Source: Candidatus Cloacimonadales bacterium (GTDB taxonomy: Bacteria > Cloacimonadota > Cloacimonadia > Cloacimonadales > JAIOQZ01). From it: a stretch of DNA of 64,000 nucleotides. Where the stretch lies: contig OY771587.1 of NCBI GenBank assembly GCA_963674825.1, forward strand, positions 2,912,001 through 2,976,000, given 5' to 3'. The notes beneath the pieces were generated by a model. It was not told the origin of the DNA. It made no database searches and saw only the letters and a program-made list of their open reading frames with translations. Below are positions 1 to 10,300 of the stretch, one piece after another. A program made the translations under genes and the position numbers. Numbering within the stretch: position 1 is the stretch's first letter; each line of letters opens with the position of its first letter.

Positions 1-799
<799 letters not shown>

Positions 800-1044
800 T
801 TAGTGTTTTTTGTCAATACAAAAAAGATTGATTTAGGGCGCTATTTCGGATGACGCTCTTATGTATGGATTTAGCTGCTTATTTACCTTTTCTGGAAATC
901 CGGTTCATCTTTTCGGGAATTGAAGGATTATCTATTCTCACTTCCGTTAACCATCTGGCGTAACGTTAACAATACGACAGCAGATGTTCACGAAACGGAC
1001 TTTCGGGCCATAAATAATTCTGCTTACAACTGTATGACAAGGGG

Positions 1045-1929
1045 CTATAAAAGTACCCTTTTTCTATCCCAAATCGCCAAGAATTTCTCCGAAATCATGT
1101 AGAAAATCGGAGCGAGCAGAACCCCCAGCATGGAGTCGATAACATAGTGCTGCTTGATGTACACCGTCGAGAGGATGAGCCCGATATTGAAGACGATGTA
1201 CCATTTGCCGAGTTTCGGGAAATAGCGGATCGCCATAATGGTGCTCAGGACGCTGATCAGGCAGTGCGAACTGGGGAACGCCGCGCCGTTAGAATCTCCC
1301 ATGAAGACCACATTCTGCAGGAATGGCGCGATCACGTAGCCATCGAAGAGGTTGTTGTGCAACGTGCCGTAGGCGTAGCTGGGTCCGAGTGCGGGGATGA
1401 TGGTGTAGATCAGGTAGCAGAGGTAAAAGCTGAAGATGAGGTTGGTGATAACGTTTCGGTAGTGCTTCCTCTTGAGGAACGACAGGATGATCAGTCCGAA
1501 CACCTGAAAGTAGTAGGACATATAAAGCAGCGACATCAACTCCGAGAACCAGCGGAAGGGAATCACTTCGGCAAAACGATCCGAAGGCAGCACGCCTCCG
1601 AACATCCATTTGTCGACGCTTTCCAGCCACGGATCGATGTAGGCCGGGAAGATGATGTACATATTTTGCTCGATTTGCTTGAAGGTCACGACGATCAAAA
1701 ACATGGGATAGGCGGTGCGTAGCAGATAGAAGAGCCGGTTGCCATTTGGATTATTTTCCCAGTACGGCAGCGTGAAAATCAGGATCAGCGAGGTGGCGAA
1801 GTAGAGCCCTGCGTTGATGTACCAGCCCGGTACGTTGCCGTGGAAGATGGTCAGAAGGATGCTCACGAGAAGCAGGTAGCCGATGAAATAGATATCCGTG
1901 ATCAGATAACGCTGCAAGAAACGACACAT
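1045..1929 (-). CDS. PAP2-family (PAP2_3/AUR1-like) membrane phosphatase/phosphotransferase
   Basis: Multi-TM protein with PALGP, AAFPSSH and KQHYVID motifs. Start moved to ATG 1929 (MCRFLQ), which follows GGAG. Confidence 0.8.
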   Translation of the reverse strand: MCRFLQRYLITDIYFIGYLLLVSILLTIFHGNVPGWYINAGLYFATSLILIFTLPYWENNPNGNRLFYLLRTAYPMFLIVVTFKQIEQNMYIIFPAYIDPWLESVDKWMFGGVLPSDRFAEVIPFRWFSELMSLLYMSYYFQVFGLIILSFLKRKHYRNVITNLIFSFYLCYLIYTIIPALGPSYAYGTLHNNLFDGYVIAPFLQNVVFMGDSNGAAFPSSHCLISVLSTIMAIRYFPKLGKWYIVFNIGLILSTVYIKQHYVIDSMLGVLLAPIFYMISEKFLAIWDRKRVLL

Positions 1930-2068
1930 AACGACTCCAGAGATTATTTTCCGATAAATATCGGAAGCCGCGCTTTCGCTGTCAACGAAAAAGACGTTCC
2001 TCGTGCCGATAGTATCATCCCCCATTGCCGAGGATATTGAAAAAACGTTGCTTCAGCATTCTTTCCCG

Positions 2069-2094
2069 TGGAACGCGGACGTCCTCGTCCGCAT
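2069..2094 (+). repeat. REP-like palindrome left of the RAYT gene
   Basis: TGGAACGCGGACGTCCTCGTCCGCAT with a GCGGACG/CGTCCGC stem. An inverted copy (1 mismatch) is at 2677-2702. Confidence 0.85.
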
Positions 2095-2151
2095 TTCTAT
2101 CTCTCAACTAAAATGCTTGACCACGTTCTTTATACGCTGCTGTCTTAGCGC

Positions 2152-2672
2152 ATGATAAAACAAAAAGGTTGGCATTCAAGAGGTTATTTGCCTCACTTCG
2201 ATGGCGAAGGTATACACCAGTTTATCTCGATTCGTCTGTTCGATTCAGTTCCAGATGAAGTCATTAAGAAATGGAAGTTGGAACATAGCTGGCATGATGA
2301 TGGAAATAATGGAGAACGGGCAACAGCATTAGCTCAATTTCTAAATCAATACGCCGACCAAGGCTATGGCTCTTGTTTTTTGCGCATTCCACAAATAGCT
2401 GTTCTGACACGTGATACCCTGCTTTTCTATGATCACAAACGTTACGAGCTTATCGAATGGTGTATCATGCCAAATCATTTACAGCTCATCAGGCGAACAG
2501 ATTCTTGAAACGTACAGGTAGATTCTGGATGCCAGACTATTTCGACAGGTTTATTCGTACAGATGTGCAATTCAATGGAACGGTACAATATATCAAGCAA
2601 AACCCCGTCATGGCGGGGCTATCTGAATCGCCTGAAGAATGGAGATGGTCGTCAACGTATAGAGAGAAATGA
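2152..2672 (+). pseudogene. REP-associated tyrosine (Y1 HUH) transposase, RAYT-like, internally deleted and frameshifted
   Basis: Frame 1: WHSRGYLPHFD...QFISIRLFDSVP...WCIMPNH. Other frame: KSFTAHQANR...RFWMPDYFDRFIR...YIKQNPVMAGL...WRWSS. The junction is at AAATCAT 2472-2478. Confidence 0.85.
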
Positions 2673-2676
2673 AGGG

Positions 2677-2702
2677 ATGCGGACGGGGACGTCCGCGTTC
2701 CA
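2677..2702 (-). repeat. REP-like palindrome right of the RAYT gene
   Basis: ATGCGGACGGGGACGTCCGCGTTCCA is the reverse complement of 2069-2094 with 1 mismatch, 4 nt after the stop codon. Confidence 0.85.
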
Positions 2703-2909
2703 AAGAGAGAGACGAGGATTCGAAATTGCATGCAAATTCACAGACGTCCGCTCTGCATGGGAGATGAAGCGTATTCGCCTAAAGGTAGCCCGGCCATCGA
2801 GTATTGCCATTCATAAAATTCGTCGTGCTTGACAAAATCTAAGCATTAATAAGGTTGACATCCTGATTCGCACAATCTATGTGTACATCAACAACAAGCG
2901 GAGGTTTAT

Positions 2910-5243
2910 ATGGGAATTCCAACCATTTGGTATGTCGCTCCATTCGGTGCGGTTGTTGCCATCATTTTTGCATTTGTTCTATTTTTCAATGTAAAAAAGG
3001 AACATCCCGGCAACGACAGAATGCAGCAGATAGCCAAGTACGTGCGTGATGGTGCGTTTGCGTACCTGAAGCAGCAATACAAGGGCGTCGGGCTGTTTTT
3101 TCTGATCGTATTCGTTCTCTTTAACATTATGGCATGGGTGCTTCATGTGCTTCATCCGCTTATTCCGTGGGCCTTCCTCACGGGTGGATTCTTCAGCGGT
3201 CTCGCTGGCTGGATCGGCATGAACACTGCAACCATGGCATCGAATCGCACCGCTCAAGGTGCAACCGAAAGCCTGAACAAGGGTCTGAAGATCGCGTTCA
3301 GAGCTGGTGGCGTGATGGGACTGGTTGTAGTCGGTCTTGCCCTTATTGATATTTCCATCTGGTTCTACGTGCTCAACTCGTTAGAAATGGATCTACACAC
3401 CATCACGGTTATCATGCTCAGCTTCGGTATGGGCGCATCGACTCAAGCGCTGTTCGCACGTCTGGGTGGGGGTATCTACACCAAGGCAGCCGATGTTGGC
3501 GCTGACCTGGTGGGAAAAGTAGAAGCGGGAATCCCGGAAGACGATCCGCGTAACCCCGCAACCATCGCCGACAATGTGGGTGACAATGTCGGTGACGTCG
3601 CCGGAATGGGCGCTGACCTCTACGAATCTTACGCTGGCTCGATCCTCGCGACTGCCGCACTCGGTATGGCTGCTGTTACGCAGCTTTTCGGTGGCGCAGC
3701 GAATTTCCATGAACTCGCGATAAAATTCGTTACTGCACCGATGGTTCTCGCCGGTGTGGGCGCATTCCTCTCCGTTATCGGAATCTACATGGCATCGACG
3801 AAAGAAAATGCCACGATGAAAGACCTTATGTTTGCCCTCAATAAGGGCGTTTACGGAAGCTCGATCCTTATCGCGATCGCAGCTTTCTTCGTATGTAAAT
3901 ACATGCTTCCCGAAGAATACTGGTTTGGCGTGTTTATGGCTTCGGTCATTGGCCTCGCAGCCGGTATCCTCATCGGTTACTTTACCGAACGCGCGACATC
4001 CGACGCTTATAAGCCTACGCAGGGAATCGCAGAGCAGTCGAGCTACGGCCCGGCAACCGTGATCATCGAAGGTCTGGCTGTCGGCATGCACTCGACCATG
4101 GCACCAGTCATCGTGATCGGTATCGCGATCCTGGCAGCTTTCAGCTTCGCCCATGGCTTCTCCAATCCCGAGCTGGGTCTCTACGGCATTGGCTTCGGTG
4201 CTGTTGGTATGCTTGCAACCCTCGGCGTGACCCTCGCAATGGATGCATTCGGTCCTATCGCGGATAACGCCGGCGGTAACGCTGAAATGTGCCACCTTCC
4301 CAAGGAAGTCCGTACACGTACCGATGCACTCGACTCTGTAGGTAACACCACCGCGGCGACCGGTAAAGGTTTCGCGATTGGTTCCGCAGCACTTACAGCG
4401 ATGGCGCTTCTGGCTGCTTACCTTGAAGAAGTCCGTACCGGATTCCTGATGATGGGTGAAAAGCTCGGCATCGACCGCGCAGCGCATCAGATATACATCG
4501 CGGTTTCCGACAAGTGGGTTCACACCGAACACGCGACCGCGATCGACTTCATGTACTACTTCGATGTCAACCTCATGAACCCCAAGTTCCTCGTCGGAAT
4601 TTTCGTGGGTGCGATGGTCTCCTTCGTGTTCGCCGCGATGACCATGAAAGCCGTTGGCCGAGCAGCCGGCGCGATGGTGGCGGAAGTTCGCCGTCAGTTC
4701 AAGGAAATCCCCGGGATCATGGAAGGCAAAGCCGAACCCGAATACGCAAAGTGCGTTATGATCTCCACCAAGGGTGCTCAGAAAGAGATGGTCGCTCCAG
4801 CGCTACTCGGTATCCTGACTCCGATTGTAATCGGACTGATACTCGGTGTCGCAGGTGTTCTCGGTCTGCTCGCGGGTGGACTTACAACCGGTTTTGTACT
4901 GGCTGTGATGATGAACAATGCCGGTGGAGCATGGGACAATGCAAAGAAGTATATCGAGAAGGGTAACTTCAACGGCAAGGGTTCCGATAACCATCACGCA
5001 TGTGTTGTTGGCGACACGGTCGGCGATCCGTTCAAGGATACAGCCGGTCCGTCCATCAACATTCTGATCAAGCTCATGAACATGATCAGTATCGTGTTTG
5101 CGGGATTAATCGTGGCCTACTCACCGAAAATCGAAGCTCTCTATTCGAATCAACAGGTCGAAAAACGCGAAATGACTTCTCCGAAAGAGCATGTCCTGAT
5201 TCAGGAAGCTCCGTCAAACGAAGATATCGTTTCAACCCAATAA
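2910..5243 (+). CDS. hppA: K+-dependent membrane-integral pyrophosphatase, probably Na+(,H+)-translocating
   Basis: GGGIYTKAADVGADLVGKVEAGIPEDDPRN, DNVGDNVGD, GNTTAATGKGFAIGS (Ala = K+-dependent type), GDTVGDPFKDTAGP; RBS GGAGG. Confidence 0.96.
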   Translation: MGIPTIWYVAPFGAVVAIIFAFVLFFNVKKEHPGNDRMQQIAKYVRDGAFAYLKQQYKGVGLFFLIVFVLFNIMAWVLHVLHPLIPWAFLTGGFFSGLAGWIGMNTATMASNRTAQGATESLNKGLKIAFRAGGVMGLVVVGLALIDISIWFYVLNSLEMDLHTITVIMLSFGMGASTQALFARLGGGIYTKAADVGADLVGKVEAGIPEDDPRNPATIADNVGDNVGDVAGMGADLYESYAGSILATAALGMAAVTQLFGGAANFHELAIKFVTAPMVLAGVGAFLSVIGIYMASTKENATMKDLMFALNKGVYGSSILIAIAAFFVCKYMLPEEYWFGVFMASVIGLAAGILIGYFTERATSDAYKPTQGIAEQSSYGPATVIIEGLAVGMHSTMAPVIVIGIAILAAFSFAHGFSNPELGLYGIGFGAVGMLATLGVTLAMDAFGPIADNAGGNAEMCHLPKEVRTRTDALDSVGNTTAATGKGFAIGSAALTAMALLAAYLEEVRTGFLMMGEKLGIDRAAHQIYIAVSDKWVHTEHATAIDFMYYFDVNLMNPKFLVGIFVGAMVSFVFAAMTMKAVGRAAGAMVAEVRRQFKEIPGIMEGKAEPEYAKCVMISTKGAQKEMVAPALLGILTPIVIGLILGVAGVLGLLAGGLTTGFVLAVMMNNAGGAWDNAKKYIEKGNFNGKGSDNHHACVVGDTVGDPFKDTAGPSINILIKLMNMISIVFAGLIVAYSPKIEALYSNQQVEKREMTSPKEHVLIQEAPSNEDIVSTQ

Positions 5244-5252
5244 ACTAACGCT

Positions 5253-5287
5253 GGAGCGGAGTCTATTTGGGCTTCGCTCCTTTTTTT
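5253..5287 (+). terminator. Rho-independent terminator after hppA
   Basis: GGAGCGGAGTC...GGCTTCGCTCC stem followed by T7. Confidence 0.75.
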
Positions 5288-5293
5288 AAAATT

Positions 5294-6142
5294 ATGAAGC
5301 GCTCGTTGATTCTCAGTGGCATTCTGATGGTCGTTCTTTTGTTTTTCTTTCTCTTCAGCAAGGTGAAAAACAGGGCGCAGGGTTACGTCGTGACCTCTCC
5401 TGAGGCTGCCGAGATACTCGCGGCGATCGGTGTTGAAGATAAGATCGTAGCCGTTACCAGCGAGTGCGATTATCCTCCATCTCTGCAAGACAAGCCCACG
5501 GTGGGCTCGTTTTCCCAAATCAGCATCGAGAAGGTGATTGCCTGGAATCCCAAAATCGTTTTCGCGACCGTACCCACACAGCAGGCGATGATCAGCGATC
5601 TCGAGAAGCTGGGTATCACTACCGAAACTGTGTATATTCGCACCTTCGATGACCTCATCAAGACTATCCGGCGATTCGGCGTCCTCACCAAGCGAAATGA
5701 TGTCGCCAACCAGCTTGCCGACGACCTCCAGCAGTTTATCGAAACCGTCGATATCGGACCCGGCCCACGTCCGTGGGTCTATATTGAGATTGGAGACCAA
5801 TTCTGGACCGCGTCCGATCGTACATTTGTCGGTGAAATGGTGAAGCTTGTTGGCGGAAGAGTACTCTTCCACGACTTGCCCAATGACTATGGCAAGGTGT
5901 CACAGGAAGATGTTGTAATGCGGAATCCAGACGTGATTCTTATCACCTATCCGGGCGTGACCAGAGAAGATGTGATGAACCGTCGCGGCTGGCAGGACGT
6001 TACGGCCTGCAAGACGGGTCGTATCTATACTGCCGAGGATATCGATCCCGATCTGATCGTTCGCGCAACGCCTCGTTCGCGCGAGGCCGTAGTGATTCTC
6101 GGCGAACTGCTGCACCGGCTTCCAGACAATGAAAACCAGTAA
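5294..6142 (+). CDS. BtuF-like (cobalamin/iron-siderophore) helical-backbone binding protein
   Basis: N-terminal anchor, SPEAAEILAAIG, VAVTSECDYP, SIEKVIAWNP, RNPDVIL, DLIVRATPR. ATG 5294 preferred over the TTG inside the terminator. Confidence 0.85.
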   Translation: MKRSLILSGILMVVLLFFFLFSKVKNRAQGYVVTSPEAAEILAAIGVEDKIVAVTSECDYPPSLQDKPTVGSFSQISIEKVIAWNPKIVFATVPTQQAMISDLEKLGITTETVYIRTFDDLIKTIRRFGVLTKRNDVANQLADDLQQFIETVDIGPGPRPWVYIEIGDQFWTASDRTFVGEMVKLVGGRVLFHDLPNDYGKVSQEDVVMRNPDVILITYPGVTREDVMNRRGWQDVTACKTGRIYTAEDIDPDLIVRATPRSREAVVILGELLHRLPDNENQ

Positions 6143-7073
6143 GCTTGCTCCTATCGTTTTTCTCATCTCAAGTATCGCGATGATCGCTTTATACCTTGGA
6201 TATGATGTCGCCGACAGTTCAGCGATTCTAAATTTTCGTCTACCGCGTTTGCTTCTGGCTTTTCTGACGGGATTTGTGCTGTCGGGCGTTGGCAGTACCT
6301 ACCAAGCGATGCTGAACAACCCACTTGCAGAACCCTATACGCTTGGTACATCCGCTGGAGCTGCATTAGGCAGCACGATTGGCGTGATACTCAACCTATG
6401 GTGGTTTGTCCCTTTGTTTGGATTTCTCGGTGCGCTTGTCAGCATGCTGGCGGTCTGGATACTGGCACGTAGTGGCGGATTTCTAGACAAGACGAGGCTG
6501 CTGCTTTCGGGGATCGTCTCCGGAATGTTTTTCACCGCGGTCATTTCGCTGCTGATGTACCTGAATCAACAGAAATTGGGCAGTATCATTAACATCCTGC
6601 TGGGAAATCTTGAGCCTGTTTTCACTCAGTCCGAATGGCAGTTCTTCATCGGCGTCGCCGGTGTTTCGTTTATTCTGATGTTCTATCTATTTGCGCATGC
6701 CAACCACCTGGCCGCAATGACCTCAGGCGATCTGGTCGCATCCAGTCTGGGTGTGGATGTAAAAAAAGTCCGTATCCGGCTGTTTGTGGTATCATCGATT
6801 CTGATTGGAATCGTGGTCTCCTATGCGGGGATAATCGGCTTCATCGGTTTGATAGTTCCGCATATCACGCGGATGCTTTTCGGGGTTAATCAGCGCCGGA
6901 ACATGATCACTTCGGCATTTCTCGGAGCAGTCCTGCTCATTTTTTGTGATTTCATCGCCAAACATGTTGGGAAGTTGATATACAGCGGTGTAGCCATAGA
7001 GATTCCGGTGGGCGTAATAACCGCGTTTTTCGGCGCTCCTTTCTTCCTCTGGATCATGATGCGGAAGAGATAA
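6129..7073 (+). CDS. FecCD/BtuC-family ABC permease
   Basis: RLPRLLLA, NPLAEPYTLGTSAGA, GIIGFIGLIVPH, EIPVGVITAFFGAPFF. Confidence 0.92.
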   Translation: MKTSKLAPIVFLISSIAMIALYLGYDVADSSAILNFRLPRLLLAFLTGFVLSGVGSTYQAMLNNPLAEPYTLGTSAGAALGSTIGVILNLWWFVPLFGFLGALVSMLAVWILARSGGFLDKTRLLLSGIVSGMFFTAVISLLMYLNQQKLGSIINILLGNLEPVFTQSEWQFFIGVAGVSFILMFYLFAHANHLAAMTSGDLVASSLGVDVKKVRIRLFVVSSILIGIVVSYAGIIGFIGLIVPHITRMLFGVNQRRNMITSAFLGAVLLIFCDFIAKHVGKLIYSGVAIEIPVGVITAFFGAPFFLWIMMRKR

Positions 7074-7148
7074 CCTTCCCCCTTAGTTCCACTTTGTCAA
7101 ATGGGTGAGGAGAGTCCTCATTCTATCCATAACTTGATTTAGACTTGT

Positions 7149-7314
7149 GAGCCCCCCCAGCCTCTTCCTTTGGAAAAAGAGAAAGGAGCAGAGAATGCTG
7201 TTTGTAGATGGTTGGCACATTGCATATTCGCCCGATCCCTCGCGACGCCGTGTAACACCACGTCTTCGAAGTGGATGAACACGGCTGCTCGTGATCGAAC
7301 GAATCTGCTGCGTG
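7149..7314 (+). repeat. Composite palindromic intergenic repeat, copy 1 (modules F-spacer-A-B-C)
   Basis: Core 7222-7314 GCATATTCGCCCGATCCCTCGCGACGCCGTGTAACACCACGTCTTCGAAGTGGATGAACACGGCTGCTCG..CGAACGAATCTGCTGCGTG is near-identical to 59200-59293. Confidence 0.9.
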
Positions 7315-7329
7315 CATTCCATGAAAAAA

Positions 7330-7355
7330 GGGCAATCACAGTGGATTGCCCCTAC
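7330..7355 (-). repeat. GTAG-type REP
   Basis: Minus strand GTAGGGGCAATCCACTGTGATTGCCC: a GTAG tetranucleotide followed by a GGGCAATC/GATTGCCC stem. Confidence 0.7.
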
Positions 7356-7374
7356 CACGAGAAATCATTCGATT

Positions 7375-10300
7375 CTATTCTCGACCCACAACTTGTGAGC
7401 GTATCGGTTCATTGGAGGCTGTTACCAAGTAGTAGCCTTTCGTTTGCGTGACTGGTGGTTCCCAGTGGGTTGCAGCAATCATTGCGACCGGAACTCCCCA
7501 GTTTTCGGTATATGGATCCTGAGAGTGGTACACTTTGTATGAGACCGCTCCAGGTACAGCATCCCAGGTCAGCGTTATCTCATCAGACTCAACGATGATC
7601 ATCAAGTTCTGCGGTGCTGTAAGCGCTCCGCTTTGCCATGGATTGAACAAGACTGCGCCATAGGATACGTTTTCGTCGTTATCGTAAAGGTGTGAATCGA
7701 TGGTTAGTGAATCGCTATATGCCCAGATATTGTAATAGGCGTTGATATCGTAGCTGCTGTTGTTCATGATCTGCCATTCACCACCGTCGTTGTCGTGGAT
7801 ATAGTTGTTGCCCATATCTTCTGCAATTAAGTTTCCGAAGTTCGGATGGCAGTACCCCTGTATTAAAACACCGTAGTCGAGATTGTCGGCGATGATCGAA
7901 TTACGCACGGTCAGATTGGTGGTACCAATCCAAATCCCATATTGCTGGCTGTCATTGCATGAGCCGTGATTGAATGAGCAGGCTGAATCGGCATTGAGGA
8001 ACCTCAGGTTTGCGTCAATGCTGCTGGTGTTACCTCCGTAACGAATGTCGCAGTAGTCAAACTGCGCAAGCCCTACGTTGCCAGCATCCCCAACTACATA
8101 GATACCGGCCCAGTCACCTGGAGCTGGTTCTGTAGCATCAGCGTCGTTATTTGTGTCACCGCAGATGGTGTCATCTTTGAGTGAGGTGAAAGTAACTTCA
8201 TTGCCGTCTGTACCACTTACTTGCATCGTGCCATAAACGTAGAGAAGTGAATTGGGTGCGCCCTTCACTACAACTGCCGGGCTAAGATTGAAGGTGGCGT
8301 CGTCCTCAACATACACATTTCCCGCGAGGATGTATGGGAAGGTCACTCCACCTGGTTCCCAGGTAACATTACCAGTAACTGTTCCTGCGACACCGAAGCC
8401 ATTGTAGCTGTTTCCAGAACCGGAATTACCTCCGCACGAATTGATTAGAGCGTTCTCAAGATAAACGGCGTAGCTGCCATTGTCCGTGAATTCGTTGTCA
8501 TTGATAGCCGGTTTGCTTGTATTGTGCTGACAATAGATGCCGTGCAGCAGATTGTTACGGATATACGAGCCGGAGATTTCAGGGCTGGCGTATTCGATCC
8601 TGATTCCATGCTGCGCACTGTATTCGCAGAGGCTGTCATTGAACCACGAATCTTCTGAATCGTAGAAGCGAAGGATTCCGTCCAAGCCGCTGGAATTACC
8701 ACCATAAGCGATGATACAGTGATCGAACTGCCCGATGCCGTCATTCTCTCCATTACCATACACATAGATACCATCCCAGTTACCAGCGGTTGCATCACCG
8801 TTATCGCCGTCAGTGTCACCAGCTCGGGAATCGTCCTTGATCGACGTGAACACAACAGGGGAGATGGATGTTCCGTTAGCATCAATGGTGCCGTAAACCG
8901 TCATGCGACTTACCCAGCCAGCTTTCACGGTAGTACCAGCCGGTAGTGTAAGCACCGAACCGTTGTTGATAGTGATCGCGCCGGTCATTATAAATGGGAA
9001 ATTGGGATCGCTGTCGTGTGACCACTCTGCGTTCATCTCGAGCGTTCCTCGCAGACCGAAACCATTGTAGCCGTTGCCAGAGCCGCTATTGCCACTATAT
9101 GACCGGAATTTTCCATCAACGATTTCCACGCCGAAGTTGCCGTTATTGAAGAAGCTATTATTGTTGATAATGGGATTGGATGTGCCGCCTTGAACGGCGA
9201 TACCGTCACGGAGGTTCTCTAAGAAGCTGCTTCCTGTGATCTCGATTGAACTCTGATTGAGCCTGATTCCTTCCTGACCACTATGATTCGATTCCCCGTT
9301 ACGGAACCAGCCTGTTGCAGTGTTGAAATAAATATTGGCGTCCACCGAGGCAGTGTTTCCTGCATACTGTAGAATTGCACCATCGTACTGGCCGTGGCTA
9401 CCGGAATTATGCTGGATGCCATACCAGTCGCCAGGAAGGGGTTCCGTTGCATCAGCATCGCTGTTTGTGTCACCACCGACAGTGTCGTCTTTCAGCGAGG
9501 TGAAAATGATGGGTTCACGTCCTTCGGTTTCAGCGATTAAGCAGCCATTCACTGCGAACCACGTAGAAGCTGTTCCCTTGGTGACTGCGCCTGGAGCGAA
9601 GGTCAGGGTATCACCAACACTTACCGTAACTGTACCTGCAAGAATGTACGGGAAGGATGTCTCTTCTGTGCTCCACACGATGTTTCCCGAACAGATACCG
9701 CTAACTCCAAAGCCGTTGATAGCGTTGCCGGAGCCGGTATTGCCCGAATAGGAATTGAACAGTGCATCCTGAAGGTATGCGCCGTAGTTACCGTTAGCAT
9801 CGAACGTGTTATTGTTGATGCTGGACATTATGGTGTTGCCCGATAAGTACAACCCATGATCGATATTGTTTCTCAGCATGCAGTTTTCCACTGTCGCGTT
9901 CGAGTTGAGGAGTCTGAGGCCCCATTTCCCACTGTACTCGAAGGTGCAATTCGTGACGGTCGATCCTTGATCATCCGCGTATAGGTAGAGGTTTGCGTCG
10001 CTGGTTCCGGAAGTGTTTCCACCATAGCGGAAAATGCAGTTGTCCAGCGTTACGATACCCTGGGCATCGCCATAACCAGAAACCCAATATCCTCTCCATT
10101 CGCCCGGATACGGCTCATCTTCTGTTCCGTTCGTGTCACCACCGTAGGTGTCGTCACGTAAGGAGGTGAAGACGATAGGTTCTTCGGGTGATCCCTGGGC
10201 AAGCAGTGTTCCGTTAATCGTGTGCTCGATGCCGGATGATTTGATGACAGTTCCCGGAGCAATCTCGAGGGTCATGTTCGTAGGAACGGTAATCGAGCCG

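Noticed and set aside
2457..2508. Programmed frameshift in the RAYT gene
   Set aside because: No slippery heptamer, and frameshifting would not restore the missing HUH segment.
5244..5293. Cobalamin riboswitch upstream of the btuF-like gene
   Set aside because: Only 50 nt, occupied by the hppA terminator; no B12-box motifs seen.
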